Below, in pieces: positions 44,625-60,059 of a DNA stretch of 64,000 bases (positions are counted from its first letter, which is position 1; every line of letters starts with the position of its first letter). Made by a program: the position numbers and the translations under genes. A model generated the notes under the pieces. That model had not been told where the DNA came from. It ran no database searches and saw only the letters and a list, made by a program, of their open reading frames with translations. Source of the stretch: Eledone cirrhosa (lineage: Eukaryota); NCBI GenBank assembly GCA_964016885.1, contig OZ024743.1, positions 354,144,001 through 354,208,000 of the forward strand, given 5' to 3'.

Positions 44625-45074
44625 GTAGTAGTAGTAAGAAGAACCGATAAGCGTTGTTTCAGAAGATCCCGCTTGGGGGAAAGCAGAGAAATTGATTTCT
44701 TAAACTTTTAATTCGTGTCAATAATATATATATATAATATATATAATATGTGTGTGTGTGTGTGTGTGTGTGTGAGCGTGCGTGAATGTGTGTGGCTTTG
44801 TGCGTGTTTGTGTGTGTGTCGCTTTGTGCGTGCTTCTGTGTGTGTGTGTATAGTTGATAGCTATAAATAATAAATTTAGAAAATCGGGTGGAACAACCTT
44901 AGGGGCCGAAACAGTGGGCAAAACAAAAGCATTTATTGACAGCCGCCCCTGAGCGTAATGCCTAACACACTCAATTTTCTAAAGCTATTATTTACAGCGA
45001 TCGACTGTTATAGTTATTTCTGCATTCGGTTTACCACACTTTGAAATTTCATACAAAGCGCCTCGATAAATCCT

Positions 45075-45258
<184 letters not shown>

Positions 45259-45264
45259 GATATG

Positions 45265-45316
<52 letters not shown>

Positions 45317-45532
45317 GATATGTATATATAAATATGTATATATATGTATATATATATATGTATATATATAAATATGTATAAATATATATATAAATATATA
45401 TGTATATATACATGTATATATATGTATATATATATGTATATATATGTATATATATATATGTATATATATATATATGTATATATACATGTATATATGTATA
45501 CATATATGTATATATATGTATATATATATGTG

Positions 45533-45654
<122 letters not shown>

Positions 45655-46176
45655 GCAATATAAGCAAAGGGCGGACATACTTAATAGTATAAAGATCTTA
45701 ACTCTATATAGAAACTATTCATATATTCTCATTAGTGAAGTTAGAAATACATTTTCTGTCTTATGGTATCGGCTATTGCAACAACTATACTTCACTTTAT
45801 AACCCTTCTGTCTTTAATCCATGACTCGATATTTTCAATCATCTAAACCACTTGGTTAAGTTCTAGGTCTGTCCTATTTTCACTCCAAGGATAGTACCTA
45901 CAATGCCCTTTTCGAAAAACCTTACCAACTTTATCACTTTATTTTAGCAGAATGTCAATTTTCAAAGGCTTCTAGCTCTGTTTAAGAAAAGGTGAGTTGT
46001 CGGCTGCAGCAGTTATAAATGAGACAATAATGGCGTATCAAAAGGAAACATACGTTAGACTTAGCAAGTGGAGAACAAGGTAGAAGTGAGCGGGGACGTT
46101 GAAATGCATCTCGAATATTGCTTAGAACACAGCATTTGACCCTGTAGTACTGTATATATTGTATCTATCTATATAG

Positions 46177-46253
<77 letters not shown>

Positions 46254-47094
46254 TACACACACGTATACATATATATACATGTGTATCAAGTATATATTAT
46301 ATGTATATATATATATATGCATATACACACACACACACATATATATATATATATGGAAGTATGTAAATGTAATGTGTGTGGTGTGTGTGTGTGTGTGTGT
46401 CCATCATTTATGTCTGTATAGAATCTTTCTCTTGGATATTTCTAGTTCTTCATGTCTAGTCTTTCCGTTTCACTTTTAACCTTTGTTATTTTCCTTTACC
46501 TTTTCCAGTTACTTCAGCCATGTCTTTGCTTTTCTTCGCTTTTCTTCGCTTTTCTTCGCTTTATTCTAGTCTCATCTAGGCTATTAATGAATGCAATCCA
46601 CGAAATCTTTCTCTCTCTATTTTCCTATATTACTCCCCCTATTCACCCTCTCTCGTTGTCCCTCTTTTCCCCTTTAATTAGGTTAAGGGTCTTTTATTTT
46701 GCACATCTTTAATATCTAGTTGTCTTTCTTTAGCGTTCTTTCAATAACGCCAATAAAGCTGCTACTAACATCAAAACCACTACTTCACAGCATCACTACT
46801 CTCACAACAACCATCACCACCACAGTCTTTACCACTATTTCTCACTGGGAGGGTTCACATCGATTTAGTACCTCAACTTAAGATGTTCAGTTTAATATCA
46901 ATTGAACAATAGTTAATCTTAGTTAATCTAAGGTTTTCAACTCACTATATTACACACGTGAGACCTTACTGTACTTATATTTAGAATGCGAAACGGTTTC
47001 CTGTTACACTCAGCCATATTGTTAATTCTTCTTCCTTAGCGAGTTCAAAGAATTGGTTCCCTTTGTCCACTTCAACGAAGCCAATTCTGAAAAA

Positions 47095-47129
<35 letters not shown>

Positions 47130-47323
47130 GATAAATCTACCAAGAGTTTACGGTAGTGTCCAATCCGTATGAAGAACTCAATGTAATCCGGATATCATGG
47201 AAAGAAGAGATGCATTCAAAAATCACTTTCGGTGAAAGATAAACGGAATACAGAGTCAAGATAAAGTATTAAAAAAATAATGAATAAAACAATGAAACAG
47301 TTCCTTATATTAAACAAAAAAAG

Positions 47324-47476
47324 TTCATTATTTAACGATCGTTTCTAGGACATATATGTGTTAGAATTGGCATGCATATTCAACAGATCTATGTACAAAA
47401 TTATACAAAATTATACAAACTATCAAATCTAATATACATACCAACACATACATATGCCGTCTTCAGAAATAATGAA
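47324..47476 (-). ncRNA. Type I hammerhead ribozyme with ~114-nt stem II
   Basis: Inverse of 50394-50546. Confidence 0.75.
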
Positions 47477-47828
47477 ATATATTTATTGATAATAACAATA
47501 ATTCAAAATTACAGGTCTGTTTGGGAACAGAGTTCAAATTGACCAATGAAATACACAAAAATATATCAAGAAAATACAGTTAGGTGTGTGTATATATGTA
47601 AGTAACTTCGTTCACAGATATGCATACAAATATATGTTCACATGCATACGCATGTCGAAAAAATGTATGTAAATACAAAAATTCAGGGCTAATGTCTCTG
47701 TATGTTTATAATCTACAGATAAAATACACATACGTATATAAACATATATACACATTCATATATACACACACATATACATACATTCACATACTCACGCGCA
47801 TATACACATAAACATACACATACCCACG

Positions 47829-47909
<81 letters not shown>

Positions 47910-48135
47910 GTATATATTATTATTATAACTACATGGATATTAAGGCACACACACATAAACACTGCCACATACATTTTTACATCCATATGCAGAAGATGGT
48001 GAAGGGGGTCAGTAATTACTGTGGGTGTCAGAGAACTGCCTATTTATAAAATGTATCTATAAATTTAGAAATAAAAAGAAATAAATTTAAAAAATAAACA
48101 AATAAAATATAAACTCATACATAAAATACACACCG

Positions 48136-48190
<55 letters not shown>

Positions 48191-48199
48191 TATATACAC

Positions 48200-48230
<31 letters not shown>

Positions 48231-48642
48231 CATACACATACATATACACACGCATACATACATACACATATACATAGAGACACATACACATACATATATA
48301 AATACATAGACACACATGCATACACACACATATATATATACATATATTCTCAACACACATATATATATACACATATATGTACATACATATACACACATAC
48401 ATACATATACATATATACATACATACACATATATATACACACATATATACACACATATATACACACATATATACATATATATACACATACACGCACACAC
48501 ATATACACACACTCACACATATATATACGTATATATACACACACACACACATATCCATTTATGTATATACACATACAACCACACACTCACACAACTCAGA
48601 CATACATAAATAAAGAGATATACATACACACATATACATATA

Positions 48643-48704
<62 letters not shown>

Positions 48705-48739
48705 CACATAAATATATATACACACACACACATATACAT

Positions 48740-48824
<85 letters not shown>

Positions 48825-49717
48825 CACATATATATATATATAAAGAAAAAAATAATAAATAAATAAATACACACAGTCAGACAATTATGCACACATATAT
48901 ATATATATATACATACACACATCTCTACAAATATATATATACACACACACACACGCACACATACATATATACATACACACATATATATACATAGACATAT
49001 ATATACACACATATATATACATACATATACATACATATACATACATATATATATATACATATATATATATACAATCATACACACTTATTTACATGCGCAC
49101 ATATGTATTTTTATACTCACATACAAACACCCAAACATACATACCTACTTACAAACACATACATAGATCCACGCTTACAAATACAAATAATTATAGGGGG
49201 GGGGGATTAAAATTATTAGTGGGAAATAGTAAATATAGGTTTCAAGGAACATAGAATATTAATCTGCATATAGATCATAATATGTGTTTACATAGTAGTT
49301 TCAGTATTAGGAAATGTAAGAAAGAAGGCAAAATTATGCATTTTAATATAAGTATACTATTAATTATAGGTTAACTAAATTAAAAATTATATATTAATTT
49401 CTATAGTATATGTTAATTAGGTTTATAATAATTAAAGCAGATTTTGTATTTTATCTATAGTAGAATATAATTATAGGTTAACAAAAATTAAAATTAATAT
49501 ATATATATATTTAATTGTAAAGAATATATTAATTAGGTATATATTTAAAAATTGTGTGTTGAGAATATATGTATATATATATGTGTGTGTATGCATGTGT
49601 GTCTATGTATTTATATATGTATGTGTATGTGTCTCTATGTATATGTGTATGTATGTATGCGTGTGTATATGTATGTGTATGTATGTGTATATATATATAT
49701 ATATATATGTGTATATA

Positions 49718-49754
<37 letters not shown>

Positions 49755-49977
49755 CGGTGTGTATTTTATGTATGAGTATATATTTTATTTGTTTATTTTT
49801 TAAATTTATTTCTTTTTATTTCTAAATTTATAGATACATTTTATAAATAGGCAGTTCTCTGACACCCACAGTAATTACTGACCCCCTTCACCATCTTCTG
49901 CATATGGATGTAAAAATGTATGTGGCAGTGTTTTTGTGTGTGTGCCTTAATATCCATGTAGTTATAATAATAATATA

Positions 49978-50040
<63 letters not shown>

Positions 50041-50393
50041 TCGTGGGTATGTGTATGTTTATGTGTATATGCGCGTGAGTATGTGAATGTATGTATATGT
50101 GTGTGTATATATGAATGTGTATATATGTTTATATACGTATGTGTATTTTATCTGTAGATTATAAATATACAGAGACATTAGCCCTGAATTTTTGTATTTA
50201 CATACATTTTTTCGACATGCGTATGCATGTGAACATATATTTTTATGCATATCTGTGAACGAAGTTACTTACATATATACACACACCTAACTGTATTTTC
50301 TTGATATATTTTTGTGTATTTCATTGGTCAATTTGAACTCTGTTCCCAAACAGACCTGTAATTTTGAATTGTTGTTATTATCAATAAATATAT

Positions 50394-50546
50394 TTCATTA
50401 TTTCTGAAGACGGCATATGTATGTGTTGGTATGTATATTAGATTTGATAGTTTGTATAATTTTGTATAATTTTGTACATAGATCTGTTGAATATGCATGC
50501 CAATTCTAACACATATATGTCCTAGAAACGATCGTTAAATAATGAA
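50394..50546 (+). ncRNA. Type I hammerhead ribozyme with ~114-nt stem II
   Basis: Perfect 10-bp stem I TTCATTATTT/AAATAATGAA; CTGAAGA; a long irregular hairpin; GAA-ACGATCGT-T. Confidence 0.75.
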
Positions 50547-50601
50547 CTTTTTTTGTTTAATATAAGGAACTGTTTCATTGTTTTATTCATTACTTTTTAA
50601 T

Positions 50602-50766
<165 letters not shown>

Positions 50767-51235
50767 CTTTTCAGAATTGGCTTCGTTGAATATATAATTG
50801 AATATAAAAGAGAGATAAACACAGATATATACATATATGTGTTCAAATCGTAACGGACCAGATTCGCTAGGGTGAAAAATATACTAACTATGAACAATAG
50901 GGTTTGCCAGACTCAATTTAAAAGAATAAATCAAGAAAATAAATACAAGCCGATATTGGGGCAACTGTCAGACACCCAGACAGCTTTTGCTGATGCTGTT
51001 TCACAATTTTAGTGAAGAGAATTACCAATTATTTTGCTCATCAGTGGGTGTAAAATTAGTAAACCCTTCACTTCTAAGCATCTCAGAAGACTGAATAGTG
51101 TGCGTATATAAAATAATGCACATGGCATCAGAAACTAGCGTGTCTCATAAACGTATACTACTAAATTTATTTAAATAAATAAACAGATGAAATAAAAATG
51201 GCGTAGACATACAATACAGCAGGAGGATTTTAATA

Positions 51236-51285
51236 ATACCACTGATGATGTTGCAGATGTGCGACGAAAGAACTTTGTTAGACTA
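51236..51285 (+). ncRNA. Hammerhead ribozyme motif
   Basis: acca-CTGATGA-t-gttgca(gatg)tgcgac-GAAAGAACTT/tgtt. Confidence 0.55.
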
Positions 51286-51455
51286 TATAAATGTATTTAT
51301 ATCTGTATTTTTGACCGTTGGTCAGTCAATGATAAACATTGAGTACCAAATGAACTGATATAAAAGATACAGAAGCGAAAACCAACCAAACAGTGAGTGT
51401 GTTCTGCTATTATTTCTGGTAATATTATTACAACAATATGACCCTCCTCAAGTAT

Positions 51456-51518
<63 letters not shown>

Positions 51519-51539
51519 CCAGAATGTGGATTTTCTGAG

Positions 51540-54500
51540 GTTGAGGATTTTATTCCATATGTCGCGTATTGGCTTTCTTTATAAGCGGAATACCACTAGG
51601 GACATTTTCGCATGATTCTCTAAGTGATGGGCTATCGACCAACTGACTCGCTTGAGTTCGTTTCTATGTTTTTAGATAGTTTATTTATGTTATTGTTGAT
51701 TTGGAACATGCTAAATAATAAGTAAAAAAGCAAATATCTACCAACGCTGAATAAACCCAACCCCACTGATATTACCGACGAAAGTACTGCTGAAACCGAT
51801 CAGCGATGAACCAGCACCACAAAAACAACAACGATAAAAAAATATTCCTCGAAAAAATTCGAAAGGAAATTGAATTAATGAAATTAAAGGAAGGACATTG
51901 ATAAGCAAATAGAAATCAATCTCCATAAAATACGATGGAGGACAGTTGGATCACATTCGTAAACAATGGAAGCAAGGATGTGAGAACGTGGAATTAGTAT
52001 CATTACAAAAATGGGATAAGAATGAAAACTGGTTCTCACACTATGAAGATTTAATAGACTATCAAGGGGAAACAACTTACCCCAAATCCATATGTACTTA
52101 AATAATTCCTGACGAAACCAGAATCACCTAAAAAGAAATTACCACGACAAAGAAATACATATAATTACAGGATGGACAACAGACAGAAATAAAACCTTCA
52201 GAGAGAACAAACCCCACAGTCGGAACTATAGTAATATTTTCAGACTGAACCAAAGTCAACATATAAGAAATATGTACAAAGAACAAAATATGTACAATAT
52301 GGATATATATATCAATCTCAAAAATCACAACATAGAAATATGACAGTAGGAATAATATAGAGAAACCCTATCCTAACAAGCCTTTTTTTTAAAGAGAAAC
52401 AATAAATACCGGGATACGAGATGGACCACAGTCATGAGAAACCAAAAATAATTAATTTCTCACAAAAATTGCTAACACTCATACAAAATAGATATTCTAG
52501 GTAAAGACTAAAATGTACACCACTCTTCAAAAACCAAATATACCGAAATTAAAGATGATATCTAGGACTATTGCAAAAAACTCAGACTAACGGAACACTT
52601 TTTCGAAAAAGAAGACAGCGATGAATCACTAATTTAAAATAAAAAGGAATATCAACCCTCAAAAGGCAGGAATGTAGCCTTTAATGAATTTTGTGATTTC
52701 ATCTCGAATTTCCCAGTTGACAAACTGGAAAAGCCACAAAGTCCAACTTTATAAGACAACAATGGGAATATTTAAACGATATGAAACATGACAAAAATAT
52801 TATCATAAAAAAGCCGACATAGGAGGCACTATTGTAATTATGAACAGTAAGCATTACATCAACATGGTACAAAGTATGCTACAGGACAATACATACTATG
52901 AAGACGCCAAAGACTACAAACTCCATAAAGTGATGAAACAACTCAGATTTACTACATCCATGCCAAAACTGGATAACTGCTAAAGAATTAGACTAACTTT
53001 AGATGCACAACTATTAATCTCTATGGTTTGCCGAAAGTACATAAACAAATTAATTAATGAGACATGCAAAATGGCGAAAACCAATTGTGTTAATATAACC
53101 ATAAGCATTTTAAAATACCGCCTATGAAATTTCTTAGACATTTTATTGAAACCCCTCCTCAAACACATTCAGATTTTTATTTGACCTGATTTATACTTTC
53201 TCAACCATCTACCAGATGATGTAAGCCAAAACACTTACATGGTTTCGTTGAATGTTGTAAGCCTATACCGTAACATTCCACACAATTACGGAATCGAAGC
53301 CTTCAAATACTGTCTAGACTCATTCCCTTATGAATTACCGGACCACTTCTGTAAGAATTTCATCGGATTTGAATTCATCTTAAAAGACAATTATTTCATG
53401 ATGTTGAATTAGCTTACCAACAGAAATCAGAAACAGCCACGGGGACAAAATTGCACCAGTAGTCATGGGATACAATGATTTCCAAATTTACAAAACAAAC
53501 AACAAATTTATGGGAATAATTTCGGTGATTAAATGAAAAAAAAAACGGAAGAGATACGACTGCTTTATATTTTGGAGGGAGAATCTTGATCAACTAAAGA
53601 AATTTCAAAACCTTTTCAATGATATAAATCAGAGTATCTAATTCAATATGGATTTTAGAAATATAAAATTTCCATTTTTAGATATCCTCATAACAAAAAC
53701 AAACAGAACATTATAAACTAACATATATTTCAAACCTACTGACTCCCGGCATCTTCTCATCCATCACATACTCGTACCAACACCTTTTAACTTAGCCAAG
53801 CGAGTCTGTACTATAGTCTCAAACCCAACAACCAGAGACTACAGACTAGAAGAGATGAAACTAATACTTCTCAAGAGAAAATACCCTCAGAATTAAATCA
53901 ACAATAGTATCCAAAACGCAAGTTAAATCAATATCCAAACACTTCGAGAAACAAAACGAAAGCACGGAAAAAAGGTCAAAACATACATTTCAACTTTTAA
54001 TCTAAAGAACACAGAGATATACGCACACATACAAACTAAACTTACCTATCTTAGTAAATGACAAGAAAACATCTTACAAAAACACCCAATCATAAAAAGT
54101 AAACGACAACCAAAATCACTAAAAAAGATGCTAACGAATGTAAAACTGCAAGCCGTTCCTAAAGAACATGAAGTAAAAAGATGCAATCAACCTCACTGCA
54201 GAGCATGCAACTATCTGTAAGAAATTAATGAATTTAATTTCAAAGATGGTCTCATCTTTCAAATTTAAAATAACTTCTCTTGTAACTCCGAGAATCTAAT
54301 ATACATTATAATGTGTAAAGGCTGCCCCGAACACTATATTGGACAAACAAGTAATTCACTCTGAAGACGGATGACAGTTCACTATCAATAAATCAAGAAT
54401 CCACACACCAGAAAGATCCCTCTAAGCCAACATATAGAGGAATTCAGGGGACGAATTCTGTCTTCCCATTCCACCAGTGTAGTGAACATTTCACTCGTAT

Positions 54501-54560
54501 AAAACGTATCAATAAGGAATGATTTTTCATAATAAATTCCAATCAAAACTCATTTTTCGA
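51540..54560 (+). mobile_element. Near full-length but heavily frameshifted PLE (Neptune-like)
   Basis: Broken reading frames give II.KADIGG.IVIMN; YGLPKVHK; SLY.NIPHNYG; TA.GTK.AP; PFLDI; SKRQPKSLKKML; CNQPHCRAC; NLIYIIMCKGC..YIGQT. Confidence 0.8.
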
Positions 54561-54979
54561 AAGACGGTAAACTCAGTTTAAACTAGTAAAAATAAACAAA
54601 AATATATAAATATTTGACAGAGAAAAGAACAATACAAAACAAAACAAAGATTACCAGGTAACTGTTACTTTTCGTTACCTCATCTTACAGTCGATTTTGT
54701 ATTGTTTGACCTGCAAACTCTATTTACCCTATAACACGCGATTTGTAAAGAAACCCCTAACGTATATATAAATATAAGTATGTATACGTACATACATATA
54801 TGTATACAGACGTACAGTAGTATGTATATATGTACATACATGCACACATATATATATGTACGTATGGATTTACCAAACATTTATTATAATGTTCGGTTTG
54901 TTTGTAAACAAACAGCCCGAATTACGCCGTACAGTGCTCGGCAACCATCGTCGCTCTTTTGTTCAACACAGACACAGGA

Positions 54980-55022
54980 ACGATGTACTAGTTTCAATCT
55001 TATTAGCTATCGTCAGCACCGT
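54980..55022 (-). ncRNA. Minimal type I hammerhead ribozyme (copy of 7928-7970)
   Basis: acggtg-CTGACGA-tagctaataagatt-GAA-ACTAGT-A/catcgt, with a 6-bp stem I. Confidence 0.7.
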
Positions 55023-55676
55023 ATAACTTCCTGCCAGATGATTGAACGTCTGAAAGTATATATTTTCCTTATGCATATTAACGGCTGAGCAGCCTAATTT
55101 GCATATCGAGTGAGTTAATCGGCCGGGCCCACCGAAAACGATAAATGGAAAAAATGAAACGAAATTTCATTTCTCACTCTTAGTACGGCTGTTACTTAAA
55201 TATATTAAGGAATTACACCAGTCCATCCTCTTGCTATTTTATAATAATTAACTCCGTACTCGTACCACCAACAACACAAACGAAGACGGGTGAGTTGCAT
55301 TACGTCGAGTGCTCTCCATAATATTACATCGAGGTTTACCATACGGAATGACCAGTTCTATCCAGTGGTGAACCAACAAACCTAAATAAATAAATATATA
55401 TATAACCAAAGATTAATATGGTTCATTAATTACTCAATGAATATAGTTTAACAATAGATTAAAAGCACTCTACAATAAATTTTCTGGAGTTATTAATATT
55501 ATTCAAAATATTAATAAATAAAGACGTTCACATTATCAAATTATGTTATATTATATATATTTCGGATGTACTGTGCTGTTTTTTCGGGTACGTCCTCGTC
55601 AGAGCACAGTACCTCCGATATATATATAATAAAACATATTTTGCTTATGTGAACGACTTCATTTATTAATATTTTG

Positions 55677-55720
<44 letters not shown>

Positions 55721-55735
55721 ATATATGTGTATATA

Positions 55736-55801
<66 letters not shown>

Positions 55802-55802
55802 A

Positions 55803-55896
<94 letters not shown>

Positions 55897-56097
55897 CGTG
55901 CGCGTGTGTGCGTGTGTGTGTGTTTATTATATCGGTCTAAAGAGAGGAAGACATTGAATATTGTGTTCTTGAATGTACACTGCTTAAAAAAGGAAACGCG
56001 GATGACCGTAGCTAAGACGCAATTAATCATAGGTTTGCTAACCTGAGACTAAACAACAACAATAACACCACTTTGCACCAGTTTCAACATGTATCAT

Positions 56098-56600
56098 ATA
56101 ATTGTTTCTACTTTTGGCACAAGGCCAGCAATTATCCCAGTGTATTACTGGTACTTTATTTTATCGACCCCGTAAGGATGAAAGGCAAAGTTAACCTCGG
56201 CGGGATTTGAACTCGGACCATAAAGGGGCATAACTCTTTGCTGCAAAGCATGGCGGCCGACCCTCATTATATAATTGTTTCTATGTTAGGCACAAGGCCA
56301 GCAATTACCCAGTGCATTACTGGTACTTTATTTTATCGACCCCGTAAGGATGAAAGGCAAAGTTAACCTTGGCGGGATTTGAACTCAGAATGGCAAAGGC
56401 CGTAAATCTATACGTCAAAGCATGGCGTCCGATCCTCTACCAATACTGCCAAATATAATTGTTTCTACTTTAGGCACAATGCCAGCAATTACCTAGTACA
56501 TTACTGGTACTTTATTTTTATCGATCCCGTAAGGATGAAAGGCAAAGTTAACCTCGGCGGGATTTGAACTCAGACTGTAAAGGGACGTAAATACTGCCAA
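56098..56600 (-). mobile_element. Head-to-tail triplet of Nin-domain SINEs
   Basis: Units start at ~56098, ~56272 and ~56455, each with tail, Nin core and B box. Confidence 0.9.
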
Positions 56601-57250
56601 ATATAATGTTCCATTAAAATATATGAAAGTGCATAAATCAACACCAACAACAATAGCATAGATTTTCATTTTCAACAGACAGTTTCAAGATCCCTATATT
56701 CTTTAGATTTTGTTGCTGCATGAGATGGTCCGAGAAAAATATGAACTGCAGCGGGTTACCAGAGGATATAGCCCGAGAATAACAGAAGAGGGTAGAGTTA
56801 GTTTCCAAGAAAGAAGGTAGAATAAGATTTATTGGTGCCGTCCTTAATTACCACGGCTAATAAAAATATTATTATTTGGCTAATTTCAACAGATTATCGT
56901 CTAAAGTATGTACTACAATTTAATATATGATTGAAAAGACACTACATAGAAACAAGCGGAATGTGGCAAATATATGTGTTATGATACAGATTTGGAATTA
57001 ATTATAGAGACAAGAAAATATGTGAAATAGAACGTTGACAATTTGAAATTAGCTTACATAAACATACACATAAAAACACAGATATATAGGCATATAAGTC
57101 TGAAAACAAGTATGGAATTTGTGTGTGTGTCAGATGAATAAAAGGAAGGGAAATGGATTGAAAGCTGGCCAGCTTAATGTATAAATTCAGTAAGATGAAA
57201 AATAAAGGTTCGTTGAATATAGTATGTTGACACACACATATATATATATA

Positions 57251-57325
<75 letters not shown>

Positions 57326-57394
57326 TTATATGCATATACATACTTACACACATACAGGTCACACACAAATATATATATATGTGTGTGTGTGCGT

Positions 57395-57428
<34 letters not shown>

Positions 57429-57584
57429 TCGGTAAGGATAAATATATATCAAATATATAAGAACTGTAGAGCAAATATTTATTAAAATAACAGATTAATG
57501 TTTAAGCAAAGAATCGGTGCTTTCACCCTTAACGGGATCTTTGCTTAAACTTTAATCTCTTATTTTAATAAATATAATTTTTTA

Positions 57585-57766
57585 TATTTTAGGCACAAGG
57601 CCAGCAATTATCCAGTACATTACTGGTACTTTATTTGATCGCCCCTGTAAGGATTGAAAGGCAAAGTTAACCTCGGCGGGTTTTGAACTCAGATCATAAA
57701 GGGACGTAACTCTATGCTTCAAAGCACGGTGTACGACTCTCTACCGATACTGCCAATCCACCGCCC
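57585..57766 (-). mobile_element. Nin-domain SINE
   Basis: Complete head (ccaatccaccgccc) through tail. Confidence 0.9.
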
Positions 57767-57792
57767 TTTATACATATATATATACATATATC

Positions 57793-57853
<61 letters not shown>

Positions 57854-57860
57854 ATATATA

Positions 57861-57939
<79 letters not shown>

Positions 57940-57954
57940 ATATGTATATATGTA

Positions 57955-58156
<202 letters not shown>

Positions 58157-58211
58157 TCGGTTTCAACACACGATTTCAGATAAAGAATCTTGCTAAACAA
58201 ATTCAGAAACG

Positions 58212-58271
<60 letters not shown>

Positions 58272-58444
58272 AGGTGCATTATTGTTTTGTGTAAAATGGT
58301 CTAATAAATTTATGTTAGCAATATTAAGTTCTCCACGCTTTTGTATATCTCCAATTCCATTCAAGGGAACAGCTAGATGATGTAAAACGGAGTATAAGTA
58401 TCAGAATGAAAATCCGAAGGCAAGGTAAAATTCCAATCATTTAA

Positions 58445-58519
58445 TCATGACACATATTTTCAATAAGAGATAGATCGATTGTGAAGCCATGATCAATAAT
58501 CACTGATCTCATCAGGTGA
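58445..58519 (-). ncRNA. Type I hammerhead motif with extended stem II
   Basis: tcac-CTGATGA-gatcagtg...cttatt-GAAA-atatgtg-TC/atga. Confidence 0.6.
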
Positions 58520-58667
58520 AAATGAATTGTCTTCAAATGCTTGATATAAGGGAGAAAAAAAGCGATGTTCTCTCACAGAATTCATTCCCTCATATATGAG
58601 GGAATGAATTCTGTGAGAATTCTCCCTCATATCTCCCTCATATCAAGCATTTGAAGACAATTCATAT

Positions 58668-58741
58668 TCACCTGATGAGATCAGTGTTAATCGATCATGG
58701 CTTCAAAATCGATCTAACTCTTATTGAAACATGTGTCGTGA
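58668..58741 (+). ncRNA. Type I hammerhead motif with extended stem II
   Basis: tcac-CTGATGA-47 nt (agtgtta/taactct, atcgat/atcgat)-GAA-ACATGTGT-C/gtga. Confidence 0.7.
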
Positions 58742-58794
58742 TTAAATGATTGGAATTTTACCTTGCCTTCGGATTTTCATTTTGATATATATAT

Positions 58795-58916
58795 ATAGGA
58801 AAAGAGTCAGGAACCCGACGACTGAGCTCCGGCCGTTTCGACAGCTAGATCCGAACTCAGAGCTAGGTATCGAAACGGCCGGAGCTCAGCCTTCGGGGTC
58901 CTGACTCTTTTCCTAT
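58795..58916. repeat. GC-rich palindrome containing GAAACGGCCG in both arms
   Basis: ataggaaaagagtcagga...tcctgactcttttcctat. Confidence 0.85.
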
Positions 58917-58994
58917 GACCCACTCTACTACCCAAAGTATCGAGCACTCTGGTGCGTTATGGTCCACCTGGTATCTCACCACACCTTCTTTGTT

Positions 58995-59031
<37 letters not shown>

Positions 59032-59089
59032 ATATATATATATATATTGTATATATATATATATATATATTGTATATATATATATAATG

Positions 59090-59122
<33 letters not shown>

Positions 59123-59382
59123 TATATATATAAATATATATATATATGTGTATATATATATATATAAATATATATATTTATTAAAATAACAGATTAAAGT
59201 TTAAGCAAAGAATCGCTGCTTTCACCCTTAACGGGATCTTATCTGTTATTTTAATAAATATTTGCTCTACGGTTCTTATATATTTGAGATATATTTTCCT
59301 TATCTTTGGATTTTAGTCTTCAATTTTATTATTATTACTATAAATATATATATATATATATAATATATATATAAATATGTAT

Positions 59383-59455
<73 letters not shown>

Positions 59456-59587
59456 TTTAAAGTGTATATATATAGAGAGGGTATATAGATATAAAGTCAG
59501 AGATACATATATGTTTTTGGCAACCATCCACGGTGTGGCTCAATGAAGGATTAATTAAATAATTAATAATCAGAGCAATATATAAAA

Positions 59588-59946
59588 AAGTAAGTCCAAA
59601 GAATCATTAGATAAAATATATACAGTATTTCCTCTCCCAATCAGTATACATCAACAATACAAACATTCATTTAAACGAGGCTATCAGTTTAAAATGTACA
59701 TATGAAGAAATAATAGACAAATGATATAGCGTCTTTTGCCAATTTCTACAGGCTACTAGGAATATTAGGTAAATATCATGTAGCTGTTTGTCGCGGAAGA
59801 GAAGCTATATCATTTGTCTATTATTTCTTTATAAGTACATTTTAAACTTATAGCCTCGTTTAAATGATTTTTTGTATGGTTAATTTATACTGATTGGGAG
59901 AGGAAATACAGTATATATTTTATCTAATGATTCTTTTTACTTACTT
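59588..59946. repeat. Palindromic element with ~140-bp arms; one-arm copy at 30548-30772
   Basis: Inverted arms visible directly. Confidence 0.85.
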
Positions 59947-59959
59947 ATATATATATACA

Positions 59960-60047
<88 letters not shown>

Positions 60048-60059
60048 CACTTAAGAAAC

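Larger units (their letters stand above)
58399..58787. mobile_element. Palindromic element with an HHR in each arm
   Basis: Arms of about 155 bp, a perfect central palindrome at 58571-58618, and CTGATGA/GAAA in both arms. Confidence 0.8.

Noticed and set aside
56098-56600. CRISPR-like regularly spaced repeats
   Set aside because: Eukaryotic SINE tandem; the units are ~175 bp with no unique spacers and no cas genes.
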